Positions 17,609-27,900 of a stretch of DNA of 64,000 bases are shown piece after piece; the stretch's first letter is position 1, and each line of letters starts with the position of its first letter. A model generated the notes under the pieces. The model was not told the DNA's origin. It worked only from the letters and a program-made list of their open reading frames with translations, and made no database searches. The position numbers and the translations under genes were made by a program. Location: NCBI GenBank assembly GCA_964655125.1, contig CAZZLT010000012.1, positions 8,076 through 72,075 of the forward strand, read 5' to 3'. The stretch is from an uncultured Desulfurococcaceae archaeon. GTDB lineage: Archaea > Thermoproteota > Thermoprotei_A > Sulfolobales > NBVN01.

Positions 17609-18434
17609 CTTGAATGATAATCTGTTTATAGAGTCTATACTCTATATAAGACTTTCAAAACCACCGTTAATACCTGACTTAATTAGGTCTATAGTTGAAG
17701 GTGTAGTACCTACTAGGTTAGTCGATACTGAGGAGTTTAAGCTTGAGTTAGCTAAGTTAACAGTTGTTAAGGATGTTAAAGAGTTAGATAGTACGTTATC
17801 AGAATTACTTACTAATGATTTAAATGATATACGTTACTACCTACCTAATACATACGTTGATTACCTCAACATGTTGTTAGAGTCTTCAGAGTTAGGTCTA
17901 CTCCACGCTATCTTAACATCTAAGAACCCTACATACCATAATCTAAAATTCATTAAGTTACAGGATTATGAGGTATGTAGTGGTAAGGGGTTTAGCTGTA
18001 TAGTTTCTAAGCATTTATCCAGACTTAAAGATGTTTGTGAATTTGTCAGTGAGGATTACGAACCAGCAATAGCTTTGGTAGCACTTTACGATATCTTACA
18101 GTATATTAGGTATTTAGATAATTTAGATATCCTTAGTTTGAGGAGGGATGTACAGGTTAGTGATGTAGTTATTGAAGGTATTAAATTCTTTAGAGGTGTT
18201 GGGGCACTATACTTTGAAGTTGGTTTAGAACAGATCCTTAAGATTTCTAAGAAGTTTAGAGTAGGTCCTCTAGAGAGGTTTATTGAGGAGTTATTAACAC
18301 TATACCAACTATCTAAGGATGTACTCTACTATAGGGGTGGTGTAATTAACCTACTAACCCTCTACGGTATTGATAGGTTGTTAAGGTATGAGTTACTTAG
18401 GGTTTTATTCTCGAGGTGGTTAAGGCCTTGGTGA
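17559..18434 (+). CDS. atpC: A-type ATP synthase subunit C (d-like)
   Basis: Called on position between E and F and on helical composition. The true start is probably TTG at 17595 or 17601, which would overlap the atpE stop by only 8-14 nt. Confidence 0.5.
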   Translation: MIDAYVNYYLNSLRLDDLNDNLFIESILYIRLSKPPLIPDLIRSIVEGVVPTRLVDTEEFKLELAKLTVVKDVKELDSTLSELLTNDLNDIRYYLPNTYVDYLNMLLESSELGLLHAILTSKNPTYHNLKFIKLQDYEVCSGKGFSCIVSKHLSRLKDVCEFVSEDYEPAIALVALYDILQYIRYLDNLDILSLRRDVQVSDVVIEGIKFFRGVGALYFEVGLEQILKISKKFRVGPLERFIEELLTLYQLSKDVLYYRGGVINLLTLYGIDRLLRYELLRVLFSRWLRPW

Positions 18435-18763
18435 AGGAGGTTAAGAAGGTGTTAGTAATAGCTAGTGCTGAGTCAGTTAACTTCTATAAGTTATTAGGTT
18501 TTCAGGAAGTATATACTGTAGGTAATGTTAGTGAGGTGTTTAATATTTTGAAGGAGGTTAAGAGTAGGAAGGATGTAGGTGTTGTAATGATTGAGGAATC
18601 TATAGCTCAGACTCTTAAGTTAGACCACATGATGGTTAATGAGAAGGGTCCTACACCTCTAATAACAGTCATACCTAATAGTAAGGAGTTCTTAAGTCGT
18701 AACCCAGCACTTTATTACCGAAGATTTACTTCTAGAGTAATAGGGTATGAGGTAGGTGTTTAG
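18416..18763 (+). CDS. atpF: A-type ATP synthase subunit F
   Basis: 115 aa. VLVIASAESVNFYKLLGF...VGVVMIEESIA is a typical subunit F fold signature. The operon position also fits. Confidence 0.65.
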   Translation: MVKALVKEVKKVLVIASAESVNFYKLLGFQEVYTVGNVSEVFNILKEVKSRKDVGVVMIEESIAQTLKLDHMMVNEKGPTPLITVIPNSKEFLSRNPALYYRRFTSRVIGYEVGV

Positions 18764-18764
18764 T

Positions 18765-20549
18765 ATGAGTTTAAGAACTGGTAGGATTTACAGGGTTGCA
18801 GGTCCTTTAGTAGTTGCTGAAGGTATTGAATCACCTAGGATGTATGAGATAGTCTACGTCGGTAGGGAGGGGCTTATAGGTGAGGTTATAGCTATTAGGG
18901 GTGGTTACGCATATATACAGGTTTATGAAGAGACTAGAGGACTTACAGTTGGTGAGAATGTTGAAGCTACTGGTAGACCACTCTCAGCTGAGTTAGGTCC
19001 TGGATTAATAAGTTCTATATATGACGGTCTCCAAAGACCTGAGTTAGTCATTGGTGAGTTAACAGGTAGTATATTCATTAAGAGGGGTGTTAAGGTAAAT
19101 GCCTTAAGTAGGGATAGGAAGTGGGTGTTTAGGAGGTCTAAAGAACTCCATATAGGTGATAAGGTTAGTGGTGGTGATGTCATCGGTTCTGTAGCTGAGA
19201 CACCTATAGTTGAGCATAAGATCCTGATCCCACCTAACGTTAGAGGTGTGTTAGAGTGGATTGTTAGTGATGGTGAGTACTCTATTGAGGACGTTATTGC
19301 TACAGTAACCTCAGGTAGTACTAGGTATGAGGTTAAGTTATATCAGGTCTGGCCTGTTAGGACTCCACGTCCCTATAAGGAGAAGCTACCGCCTTCAGAA
19401 CCCTTAGTAACTGGTAAGAGGGTTATAGATCTGATGTTCCCGATAGCTAAGGGTGGTAAGGCAGCAGTACCCGGTGGTTTCGGGACTGGTAAGACTGTAA
19501 TGTTACAATCACTTGCTAAGTGGAGTCATGCAGATATAGCTGTATTCGTAGGTTGTGGTGAGAGAGGTAATGAGATGTCTGATGCTTTAAAGAGTTTCAG
19601 AGAGTTATTCGATACGAGGAGGGGTAGGCCTATGATGGAGAGGTCTGTATTCATAGCTAATACTAGTAATATGCCTGTAGCAGCACGTGAGAGTAGTGTA
19701 CTCTTAGGTATAACAATAGCTGAGTACTTCAGAGATCAAGGCTATGACGTACTACTAGTTGCTGACTCAACTAGTAGGTGGGCTGAAGCTATGAGGGAGA
19801 TTAGCGGTAGGATGGAGGAGATGCCTGGTGAGGAGGGGTTCCCAGCATACCTAGCTAGTAGGTTAGCAGACTTCTACGAGAGGGCTGGTAGGGTAGTAAC
19901 TCTAGGGTCTCCTGAGAGGGTAGGTAGTGTAACTATATTCGGTGCTGTCTCACCACCCGGCGGTGATTTCAGCGAACCAGTTGTTAGGAACACCTTAAGG
20001 TATATACAGTCACTATACGCTCTAGATTATGAGTTAGCTACACGTAGGCATTTCCCAGCTGTTAGCTGGCTCATAAGTTATAGCTTATACGTAGACTTCG
20101 TTAGGGATTACATGGATGAAGTGAGTAGTAAGAGGTGGTCTGAGGGTAGGGGTTTATTCCTTAAGATACTTCAGAGGGAGTCTGAGTTATTAGATATTGT
20201 TAGGTTAGTAGGTCCTGAAGCACTTCCTGAGGAGGATAAGTTATTACTTGATGTTGCTAGGATGATTAGGGAAGCATTCCTACAACAGAATGAGTACGAC
20301 CCTAACGATGCTTACTCACCGCTTGAGAAGGGCTTCATAATAATGAACGCGATCACCGAGTTCTACGAAGTAGCTCTGAAGTTAGTTAGGAATGGTGTTC
20401 CAGTATTTAAGATTAGGGAGTTGAGGTCTCCATACATGATATATAGGTTTAAACTCTATACGTTGGATGAGGTTAGGAAACTCTATGAGGAGTTTAGGAA
20501 TTCGTTTAGGAAGGAGGTTGATGATTTATTAGGTGGTGGTAGTGGCTAA
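18765..20549 (+). CDS. atpA: A-type ATP synthase catalytic subunit A
   Basis: [15 protein letters not shown], Walker [18 protein letters not shown], and Walker [14 protein letters not shown]. The ATG at 18765 follows the atpF stop; the track start at 18756 is GTG. The length rules out an intein. Confidence 0.95.
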   Translation: MSLRTGRIYRVAGPLVVAEGIESPRMYEIVYVGREGLIGEVIAIRGGYAYIQVYEETRGLTVGENVEATGRPLSAELGPGLISSIYDGLQRPELVIGELTGSIFIKRGVKVNALSRDRKWVFRRSKELHIGDKVSGGDVIGSVAETPIVEHKILIPPNVRGVLEWIVSDGEYSIEDVIATVTSGSTRYEVKLYQVWPVRTPRPYKEKLPPSEPLVTGKRVIDLMFPIAKGGKAAVPGGFGTGKTVMLQSLAKWSHADIAVFVGCGERGNEMSDALKSFRELFDTRRGRPMMERSVFIANTSNMPVAARESSVLLGITIAEYFRDQGYDVLLVADSTSRWAEAMREISGRMEEMPGEEGFPAYLASRLADFYERAGRVVTLGSPERVGSVTIFGAVSPPGGDFSEPVVRNTLRYIQSLYALDYELATRRHFPAVSWLISYSLYVDFVRDYMDEVSSKRWSEGRGLFLKILQRESELLDIVRLVGPEALPEEDKLLLDVARMIREAFLQQNEYDPNDAYSPLEKGFIIMNAITEFYEVALKLVRNGVPVFKIRELRSPYMIYRFKLYTLDEVRKLYEEFRNSFRKEVDDLLGGGSG

Positions 20550-21933
20550 GTTATACGTTAGAGCTACTAGGCAGTTAGTAGGTACTAAAGGTTCTCTAGT
20601 CTTCATCAAGTCATTACCAGGTGTCGGTTATGGTGAGTTAGTTGAGTTAGAAGTTGATGGTGATGTTAGGTTAGGTCAGGTAATAGATATCTCAAGGGAC
20701 GTAACTGTAGTTCAGATATTCGGTACGTCTATGGGTATCTCACCAGGTAGGACTGTAGTTAGGTTGAGGGGTGAGACACTCAACATACCTGTCTCTACAG
20801 ATATGCTTGGTAGGGTGTTTAACGGTCTTGCACAACCTATTGATGACGGCCCACCTGTAATACCTGAGGATTACTTAGATATCCACGGCTACCCTCTAAA
20901 CCCAGCACTTAGGGTACCTCCTTCAGAGTTTATAGAGACTGGTATATCAGTTATTGACGGTATGCTAACACTTGTTAGGGGTCAGAAACTACCTATATTC
21001 TCAGGTTCTGGACTACCGCATAATAAGATGGCTATGCAGGTTGTTAGGCAGGCACGTGTTAGGGGTAGGGAGGAGGGGTTCGCAGTTGTTTTCGGGGCTG
21101 TAGGTGTTGCTTTTGAGGAGGCTATGTACTTCTTAAATGAGTTGAGGAGGATGGGTGCTATTGATAGGACTGTAGCTTTCTTAGCACCTGCTTCAGCACC
21201 AACTGTTGAGAAGTTAGCATTACCTAGGACAGCACTTACAGTTGCTGAGTTCTTAGCTTGGAGGAATGATATGCATGTACTTGCTATACTTACGGATATG
21301 ACTAACTACTGTGAGAGTTTGAGGGAGGTCTCAGCAGCTAGGGAGGAAGTACCTGGTAGGAGGGGTTATCCAGGCTACATGTATACTGACTTAGCAACTA
21401 TGTATGAGAGGGCTGGTAGAGTTGTTGGTAAGAAGGGTAGTATAACTATAATGCCTATACTCTCAATGCCTGACGACGACATCACACACCCGATAGCGGA
21501 TTTAACTGGTTATATTACTGAGGGTCAGATAGTCTTATCTAGGGATCTATGGCGTAAGGGTATATACCCACCAGTTGATGTGTTCTTATCGTTATCTAGG
21601 ATGATGAAGGAGGGTATAGGTCCTGGTAAGACTAGAGAAGACCACCACGCAGTGTTTTCACAGCTTATGAGGGCTTATGCTGAGGGTCAGAGACTTAGGG
21701 AGATAATAGCTATAGTCGGTACTGAATCCCTAACTGATAGGGATAAGAAGTACTTAGAGTTTGCAGATGCTTACGAAAGTAGATTCATTAATCAGGGTGA
21801 GTATGAGAGGAGGTATATTGAGAAGACTTTAGACTTAGCTTGGGACTTACTAAGCATACTTCCTGAGGAGGAGTTAGCTATTAGGGAGGAGTTCATAAAG
21901 AAGTATCATCCTAGGTATAGGGTTCAGAAATGA
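20533..21933 (+). CDS. atpB: A-type ATP synthase subunit B
   Basis: 466 aa. Typical B-subunit motifs: [16 protein letters not shown] (degenerate P-loop), [37 protein letters not shown]. Confidence 0.95.
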   Translation: MVVVAKLYVRATRQLVGTKGSLVFIKSLPGVGYGELVELEVDGDVRLGQVIDISRDVTVVQIFGTSMGISPGRTVVRLRGETLNIPVSTDMLGRVFNGLAQPIDDGPPVIPEDYLDIHGYPLNPALRVPPSEFIETGISVIDGMLTLVRGQKLPIFSGSGLPHNKMAMQVVRQARVRGREEGFAVVFGAVGVAFEEAMYFLNELRRMGAIDRTVAFLAPASAPTVEKLALPRTALTVAEFLAWRNDMHVLAILTDMTNYCESLREVSAAREEVPGRRGYPGYMYTDLATMYERAGRVVGKKGSITIMPILSMPDDDITHPIADLTGYITEGQIVLSRDLWRKGIYPPVDVFLSLSRMMKEGIGPGKTREDHHAVFSQLMRAYAEGQRLREIIAIVGTESLTDRDKKYLEFADAYESRFINQGEYERRYIEKTLDLAWDLLSILPEEELAIREEFIKKYHPRYRVQK

Positions 21934-22559
21934 GTATGCAGATAATTAAGATTAGTAGGCCTACTAGGATTGAGTTACTTAGGCTTAGGAGGAGGTTAAG
22001 ACTTGCTAGACGTTTCTATAACTTACTTAAGGATAGGCAGACATACCTACTAGAGGTTTTCAGGGATATACTACGTGAGGTTGTTAAGACTAGGCAGGAA
22101 CTTAATGAGTTGTTAGCTAAGGCTTACAGTAGTTACTACACAACACTGTATTTAGAGGGTTTAGAAGGTCTTAACGTATATACATCAACAATACCTCAAA
22201 CATTAAATCTCTACGTAGGTTATAAGAATATAATTGGTGTTTGGACTTACTCATACGGATTTGATGGTATACCTCCACCACAACCACAACTCCCCTTAGA
22301 ACTCTCAGAACTTCAGGTTAATAGAGAGGAGATCTTAAGGTTATTGAGTAAGGTCTTCGAGTATGAGAAGACTTTAGTGAATGTAGGTGCTGAGATCGCT
22401 AGGTTGAGGAGGATAGTTAATATACTTGAGAAGAGTTATATCCCAAGACTCACGAATACTATTAAGTATCTATCGATGAAGTTTGAGGAGTTACAACGTG
22501 AGGAAACTATTAGAGCTATTAGAGTGAAGAAGAGGTTAACTGAGAGTAGAGTTCTGTAG
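21930..22559 (+). CDS. atpD: A-type ATP synthase subunit D (central stalk)
   Basis: 209 aa. [19 protein letters not shown]-terminal helix and a C-terminal coiled helix. Overlaps atpB by 4 nt. Confidence 0.8.
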   Translation: MSMQIIKISRPTRIELLRLRRRLRLARRFYNLLKDRQTYLLEVFRDILREVVKTRQELNELLAKAYSSYYTTLYLEGLEGLNVYTSTIPQTLNLYVGYKNIIGVWTYSYGFDGIPPPQPQLPLELSELQVNREEILRLLSKVFEYEKTLVNVGAEIARLRRIVNILEKSYIPRLTNTIKYLSMKFEELQREETIRAIRVKKRLTESRVL

Positions 22560-22621
22560 GTCTCTATATAGTGGACGTTAGAGATTATATGTTGACGTTA
22601 AACATTAAATTATGACCTATA

Positions 22622-23848
22622 GTGTTAAATTTGGTGAGTAGGATTAGTATTTGGGGTATAGTTACTGGTTTCTTCCTACTCTCAATCTTCTACTCATCAA
22701 TATCCATATACAGTATATTTTCTAAGCTTAAGAAACGTGTATGGGTTGATGTAAATCATTATGATAACATCCTAGATAACCTACCTAGAATCTCTATAAT
22801 ACTTCCCTTCTATAAGGAAAACTTTAAAGATATTGAAATAACTTTCAAGAGTTTAACTTCTCAGGAATACCCTAGAGATTTAGTAGATGTTTACGTAGTT
22901 GTTGAGGAAGGTGATTTAAGGACTTTAGAATATGTGAATTCCCTGAAGGAGTTATTAGAGGGTAATGGGTTTAAGACCTCAGTAGTTGTTAACCACGGGG
23001 TTAGGAGGGGTAAGGCCTCAGCTATAAATACAGTGTTAAGTATAGTTCAGGGTGATGTCATCGTGATCTACGATGCTGGGGACTTAGTTAGGGATAGACA
23101 CCACATACTTAAGGTGGCTAAGTTATTTAGGTCTGGTTACGTACTCATAGGTTGTAGGGTTTTAAGAGTTGGTGATAGCTTCTTAAGTAGGTTATCACTT
23201 ATAGATACTAGTTTATGGTATGATGTAGCACTACCTGGTTTAACAGTAGTTACTAGTTACCCGTTAGTTAGTGGTGAGGGTATGGCTGTATCTAAGGAGT
23301 TCTTAGTTAGGGTTGGAGGTATACCTGATAGGTTAACTGAGGATTCGTACATGACCTTATACTTAGTAAGGTATGGGGGTAGGGCAGTACTACTTAATAC
23401 TACGATATTTGAGGGTGCTCCTGGTAGTATTAAGGGGTTAGTTAAGCAGAGGCTTAGATGGTATAGAGGGTATTTAGAGTGTTTAAGGGATTCTGTAGTG
23501 GGTAGTAAGGGGTTAAGTGTTAAGGAGGTATTTAAGTTAGTTATACTCTACGCACAACCACTAGCACTTACTTCATTCCCACTAGCTATGATAACTTTAG
23601 TGGTAGCTCCTGTAGTATACGTAGATCAGTACACATTAACATTAGCTATGATAACTTTAGTAGCTCTAATATCAGCACCTATATACATACTCTTCGAGTT
23701 AGGTGTTAAAGACAAGGTTATATTCTTAGCACCTATATACTGGATTTTCCAAGGGCTAATAATGTTTCTAGCGTTAATACCTATTAAGATAGACTGGTTA
23801 AGGACTGAGAGGACAACTATAGGTAGTATGGTGGAGAAATTAACTTGA
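22622..23848 (+). CDS. Membrane-embedded family-2 glycosyltransferase (processive-type, QxxRW)
   Basis: N-terminal TM, ILPFYKEN, YDAGD and QRLRWYRG (Q-x-x-R-W), plus C-terminal TM helices. Confidence 0.7.
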   Translation: MLNLVSRISIWGIVTGFFLLSIFYSSISIYSIFSKLKKRVWVDVNHYDNILDNLPRISIILPFYKENFKDIEITFKSLTSQEYPRDLVDVYVVVEEGDLRTLEYVNSLKELLEGNGFKTSVVVNHGVRRGKASAINTVLSIVQGDVIVIYDAGDLVRDRHHILKVAKLFRSGYVLIGCRVLRVGDSFLSRLSLIDTSLWYDVALPGLTVVTSYPLVSGEGMAVSKEFLVRVGGIPDRLTEDSYMTLYLVRYGGRAVLLNTTIFEGAPGSIKGLVKQRLRWYRGYLECLRDSVVGSKGLSVKEVFKLVILYAQPLALTSFPLAMITLVVAPVVYVDQYTLTLAMITLVALISAPIYILFELGVKDKVIFLAPIYWIFQGLIMFLALIPIKIDWLRTERTTIGSMVEKLT

Positions 23849-24005
23849 ACTAGTATCTATAGGGTGAGTTAGTACTTCAGAACACTAGAGTTGAGGTAAT
23901 GAGATATAAACTAGTTTGTAAATGCAGTTGAAATTCGTAGGCTACGGTACATGTTATTAAGGTTATAACCCCTACTACATCAAATGTTAGGGGTTGGGGT
24001 ATTAG

Positions 24006-25313
24006 TTGAGGGTTTTAATACTTGGTTGTGGTTGGGCAGGTACTTCATTAGCTTATGAGTTAGTGAGTAGGTTCCCAACTCTAGATATAGTTGTTATTGA
24101 GCCTTTAGAGAGTGTTGGTGGTTTACTTAGGAGTGAGGTAATTAACGGCTTTACAGTTGATGTTGGCGGTAGTCACGTAATATTCTCTAGGAATGAGTTA
24201 ATACTTAATAAGATACTTAACTTCCTTAAAGGTAATTACATTAGACATCATAGGTCTTCATATGTGTTAATAAGTAATTACTTAGTACCCTACCCTGTAG
24301 AGAACGGCTTATACGTACTACCACCTGAGGTTAGGGCTGAGGCATTGATAGACTTTATAGATGTTCTTAAATCCTTAAATAGTTCTTGGAGACCTAAGAA
24401 CTTCCTCGAATGGATTTACGGATTCTTCGGTAAGTGGATCGCTAATAACTACTTAATACCCTACAACTTAAAGATCTGGAAGAGGTCTTTAAATGAGTTA
24501 AGTGTTGATTGGGTATACATGCCTGGTAGGTTACCAATACCTGATTGGAGAGATGTTGTTAGAGCTGCAGTAGGTGTTAAGACTGAAGGTTATTTAGAAC
24601 AAGCTAACTTCTACTACCCATTAACTGGTGGTATTCAAGCACTCCATAACTCACTACTTAATCAATGCTTTAACCTAGGTGTTAAGGTAGTAACTAACTT
24701 TAAGTTAGTGAATGTTAGGAGGGTTGGTGATGAGTACTTAGTAAATAATGAGTTAAGATTTGATAAGGTCTTCAACACGTTACCACTACCTGAACTACTT
24801 AATTTTTTAGAACCTCCTGAAGGTATTGTTAAAGTCGTTAATGAGTTAGACTATAACTCAGTAGTTATTACTGCAGTAGCTTTAAGGAGGGAAGCACCTA
24901 ATCACCACTGGATCTACGTACCTAGAGATGATGTAGTGTTTCATAGGTATGCGTGGGTATCTAACTACAGCCCATACAACGTACCTAAGGGTTACTCACT
25001 ACTAATTACTGAAACTACTTTAAGACCTAACGATCATGTAGACTTAAATAGGTTTACTCATAGAGTTGTTGAGGATTTAATTAAACTTGATGTGATACGT
25101 AGTGATGATGTAGTATTCACTAGGTCATGGATTCATAAGTACGGATACCCGATATACCGTTTAAACCATAATGAGGTTAGGGCTGAGTTAATGAGTTACT
25201 TAAGTGAGTTAGGTATCAAGTCTGTAGGTAGGTGGGGTAGTTGGCATTACTGGAATATTGATAGAGTCTATAGTGAGGTAGTTAAATTAGTTGAAGGTCT
25301 TACTCTAACTTAA
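24006..25313 (+). CDS. FAD/NAD(P)-binding oxidoreductase (amine-oxidase / UDP-galactopyranose-mutase-like fold)
   Basis: Dinucleotide fold ILGCGWAGTSLAYEL...VIEPLESVGGLLRS. PYNLKIWK is reminiscent of the mutase family. It lies adjacent to the GT2 gene. Confidence 0.5.
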   Translation: MRVLILGCGWAGTSLAYELVSRFPTLDIVVIEPLESVGGLLRSEVINGFTVDVGGSHVIFSRNELILNKILNFLKGNYIRHHRSSYVLISNYLVPYPVENGLYVLPPEVRAEALIDFIDVLKSLNSSWRPKNFLEWIYGFFGKWIANNYLIPYNLKIWKRSLNELSVDWVYMPGRLPIPDWRDVVRAAVGVKTEGYLEQANFYYPLTGGIQALHNSLLNQCFNLGVKVVTNFKLVNVRRVGDEYLVNNELRFDKVFNTLPLPELLNFLEPPEGIVKVVNELDYNSVVITAVALRREAPNHHWIYVPRDDVVFHRYAWVSNYSPYNVPKGYSLLITETTLRPNDHVDLNRFTHRVVEDLIKLDVIRSDDVVFTRSWIHKYGYPIYRLNHNEVRAELMSYLSELGIKSVGRWGSWHYWNIDRVYSEVVKLVEGLTLT

Positions 25314-26189
25314 TAACCCAACACTTCTCAGTACTTCCTTAATCTCCCCCCTAACATCATTACTTACTGGGAGTAGTGGGATTCTCGGATAACCTGCAGG
25401 TATACCCCTAAGTTCTAATGCTGTCTTCACCCTAGCAGGCATATCATACTGACCGACAACCCTCCATATAGGTAGTAACTTATTATGTATCTTAAGTGCT
25501 TCTACATACTTACCCTCCTTAACTAACTCGTAGAGTTCTACACATAGTTCTGGTGCTACAGTACATATAGCTGCTATAGCACCCCTAGCACCTAGCATGA
25601 ATGACGGGTATAGTAAGTCATCTATAGCTGACATAATAGAAATCTTATCACCTACAGCTCTGATAATATCTGCTAAACCGCTGATATCACCTCTACTCTG
25701 CTTAATACCTACTAATAACTTAACATCATTAACTAACCTGATTATAACGTTTAGAGGTACTGGTGTTTGAGGTATTACATTATATATAGTTATAGGTATG
25801 TTTAAGACCTCAGCAATAGTTTTAAAGTACTTGTATAGTCCTTCCTCCGACGGTGTGAATATGTAGTGTGGTGGTGTTATCATTAACACATCAACTCCTG
25901 AGTCCTTAGCTAGTTTACCGTATGTTAATGCTTGATTTAGAGAGTTAACTATAACTCCAGCAACTACTAACACCTTACCACCTACGGCCTTAACAGTAAC
26001 TCCACATATTCTTGAATACTCATCAGGTAGTAATGCGTAACCCTCACCAGTACTACCGCATATAGCTATACCTTTAACACCTACACTTAAGTACCACTTA
26101 ATCAGATCCTTAAATAACTCCTCATTAAATGAACCATCAACATTGAAAGGAGTTGGTATAGGTGGGATAATACCTTCTAACTTAAGCAT
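25305..26189 (-). CDS. DapA/KDG-aldolase-family class I aldolase
   Basis: PIPTPFN, ICGSTGEGYALL, and Schiff-base lysine context VGIKQS. 294 aa. Confidence 0.75.
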   Translation of the reverse strand: MLKLEGIIPPIPTPFNVDGSFNEELFKDLIKWYLSVGVKGIAICGSTGEGYALLPDEYSRICGVTVKAVGGKVLVVAGVIVNSLNQALTYGKLAKDSGVDVLMITPPHYIFTPSEEGLYKYFKTIAEVLNIPITIYNVIPQTPVPLNVIIRLVNDVKLLVGIKQSRGDISGLADIIRAVGDKISIMSAIDDLLYPSFMLGARGAIAAICTVAPELCVELYELVKEGKYVEALKIHNKLLPIWRVVGQYDMPARVKTALELRGIPAGYPRIPLLPVSNDVRGEIKEVLRSVGLLS

Positions 26190-26321
26190 TTAAACACCGA
26201 GGATATAATCATTAGAACTATTAAATACCTTAAAGTAATTACTTCATCAATCATACTTAACTACTATCTTACATTAGGACATCTAAGAGTATCCCTACTA
26301 ATCTTAACTAGTATTACTGTA

Positions 26322-26348
26322 TTACAACTGAAAGCCTCATCCTTCAGG
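26322..26348. repeat. Left copy of a 27-nt inverted repeat (TTACAACTGAAAGCCTCATCCTTCAGG)
   Basis: 26/27 match to the reverse complement of 27901-27927. A further GGGAGG match lies just inside. Each copy is itself a hairpin. Confidence 0.85.
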
Positions 26349-26429
26349 GCGGGGGAGGAGGTTAGTTGAGGTGATGTTTGAGTTCATGATCATGCGAGTT
26401 AATACTGGGTTAAGTGTTGATTAAAGTCA

Positions 26430-26437
26430 TTTATAAA
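26430..26437 (+). promoter_or_regulatory. TATA box TTTATAAA for the TIP49-like gene
   Basis: Centred about 32 nt upstream of the ATG at 26466. Confidence 0.4.
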
Positions 26438-26465
26438 GTTTTTAGGGTTTTCTATTAGTCTGTGT

Positions 26466-27845
26466 ATGGGATGTGGGGTGAGTGCTCAGATACGTGAGGT
26501 CCGTGGTGTGAGGAGGGTTACTGAGATTAGCTTACATAGTCATATTAAGGGTTTAGGTCTTGATGAACGTGGTGAGCCTTTACCAGTAGCTGACGGTTTT
26601 GTAGGTCAGGTTGAGGCTAGGAGGAGTGCTACATTAGTTGTTGAACTTGTTAGGCAGGGTAAGATGCAGGGTAAGGGTGTCTTACTAGTAGGTCCTCCAG
26701 GGACTGGTAAGACTGCATTAGCTTACGCTATAGCTAGAGAGCTTGGTGAGGATACACCATTCGTAGCTCTACACGCATCTGAGGTATACTCACTTGAGGC
26801 TAAGAAGACTGAGGTCTTAATGAGGGCTGTTAGGAAGGCTATGGGTATTAGGATTAGGGAGGTTAGGAAGGTTTATGAAGGTGTTGTTAAGGATGTTAAG
26901 ATTGCTTACGGTAAACACCCCTTCAACCCGTATGTTAGGATGCCTAAGGAGGCTAGGATAACATTAGCTACTAAGGATGATAGTCTAACCCTAACACTTG
27001 GTGAGGAGTTAGTATCTCAACTACTTAGGTTAGGTATTAAGAGAGGTGATTTAATATGGATAGATGCTGAGACTGGGTTAATACATAAGGTTGGGAGGGT
27101 TAAAGGTGTTGAGAAGGCTAAGTACTACGACGTAGATGTTTGGGAGGTTACTGAGGAATTACCTAGCGGTCCTGTTAGGAGGGAGAAGGAGATTGTTAGG
27201 GTCCTAACATTTAACGATCTAGACTTAGCAATAGCTTCTCAGAGGGTATCACTCATAGGTTTCTTAGGTCTGGAGTTAGAGAAGGAGGTTGATGAGGAGG
27301 TTAGGAGGTCTGTTAACTCACAGGTTAAGAAGTTAGTTGATGAGGGTAAAGCTGAGTTAGTACCTGGTGTCTTATTCATAGATGATGCACATATGTTAGA
27401 CTTAGAATCATATGCATTCCTATCTAAGATTATGGAGAGTGAGTTCTCACCGCTAATAATAATGGCAACTAATAGAGGTATTACTAGGATTTACGGGACA
27501 GATATTGAGTCACCACACGGTATACCGTTAGATATACTTGATAGACTACTCATAATACCTGTAAGACCTTATACTAGGGATGAGGTGAAGGAGATTATTA
27601 AGGTAAGAGCTGAGGAGGAGGAAGTAACGTTATCTAAAGAAGCGTTAGAACTACTAGCAGATTTAGGGGTTAAGTATAGTTTAAGATATTCAATACAGTT
27701 ATTAAGACCTGCAAGTATTTTAGCCTCAAAGAAAGGTAGGACTGAAGTAAGAGTTGATGATGTAGAGGAAGTCAGTAAGTTATTCATAGATACTAAGAGA
27801 AGTATAGAGTTCATAAGAGAACATGAGGAAAAACTATTAAAGTAG
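26466..27845 (+). CDS. TIP49 / RuvB-like (Pontin/Reptin-type) AAA+ ATPase
   Basis: HSHIKGLGLDERG, FVGQVEARRSA, Walker A GPPGTGKTALA, about 170-aa OB-type insertion domain, Walker B VLFIDDAHMLD, MATNRG. 459 aa. Confidence 0.85.
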   Translation: MGCGVSAQIREVRGVRRVTEISLHSHIKGLGLDERGEPLPVADGFVGQVEARRSATLVVELVRQGKMQGKGVLLVGPPGTGKTALAYAIARELGEDTPFVALHASEVYSLEAKKTEVLMRAVRKAMGIRIREVRKVYEGVVKDVKIAYGKHPFNPYVRMPKEARITLATKDDSLTLTLGEELVSQLLRLGIKRGDLIWIDAETGLIHKVGRVKGVEKAKYYDVDVWEVTEELPSGPVRREKEIVRVLTFNDLDLAIASQRVSLIGFLGLELEKEVDEEVRRSVNSQVKKLVDEGKAELVPGVLFIDDAHMLDLESYAFLSKIMESEFSPLIIMATNRGITRIYGTDIESPHGIPLDILDRLLIIPVRPYTRDEVKEIIKVRAEEEEVTLSKEALELLADLGVKYSLRYSIQLLRPASILASKKGRTEVRVDDVEEVSKLFIDTKRSIEFIREHEEKLLK

Positions 27846-27900
27846 ATAAGTATAATACCTACATAACCCATCATCCACACATGACTCACTGACCTCCCAT

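Noticed and set aside
18765-21933. Inteins in the ATPase A or B subunits, which are known in some archaea.
   Set aside because: The lengths (about 594 and 466 aa) and the contiguous catalytic motifs leave no room for an intein insertion.
23583-23661. 19-nt perfect direct repeat TAGCTATGATAACTTTAGT at 23583 and 23643 (60-nt spacing) inside the GT2 gene.
   Set aside because: It is an in-frame 20-codon micro-duplication of a TM segment (LAMITLV...LAMITLV). It is not a mobile element or a regulatory site.
23967-23995. Hairpin AACCCCTA-N13-TAGGGGTT just upstream of the FAD-oxidoreductase start.
   Set aside because: It is a single 8-bp stem with no T-tract and no recognisable riboswitch or terminator context. 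That is too weak to call.
26369-26420. GTGATGT...TGATCA...CTGG near the left inverted repeat as a second C/D box sRNA. C-box-like strings at 28747-28756, 35438-35445 and on the minus strand around 38556-38562 were considered in the same way.
   Set aside because: The box sequences are degenerate, and the spacings do not give 12-nt guides ending in CUGA. Some of them overlap coding starts.
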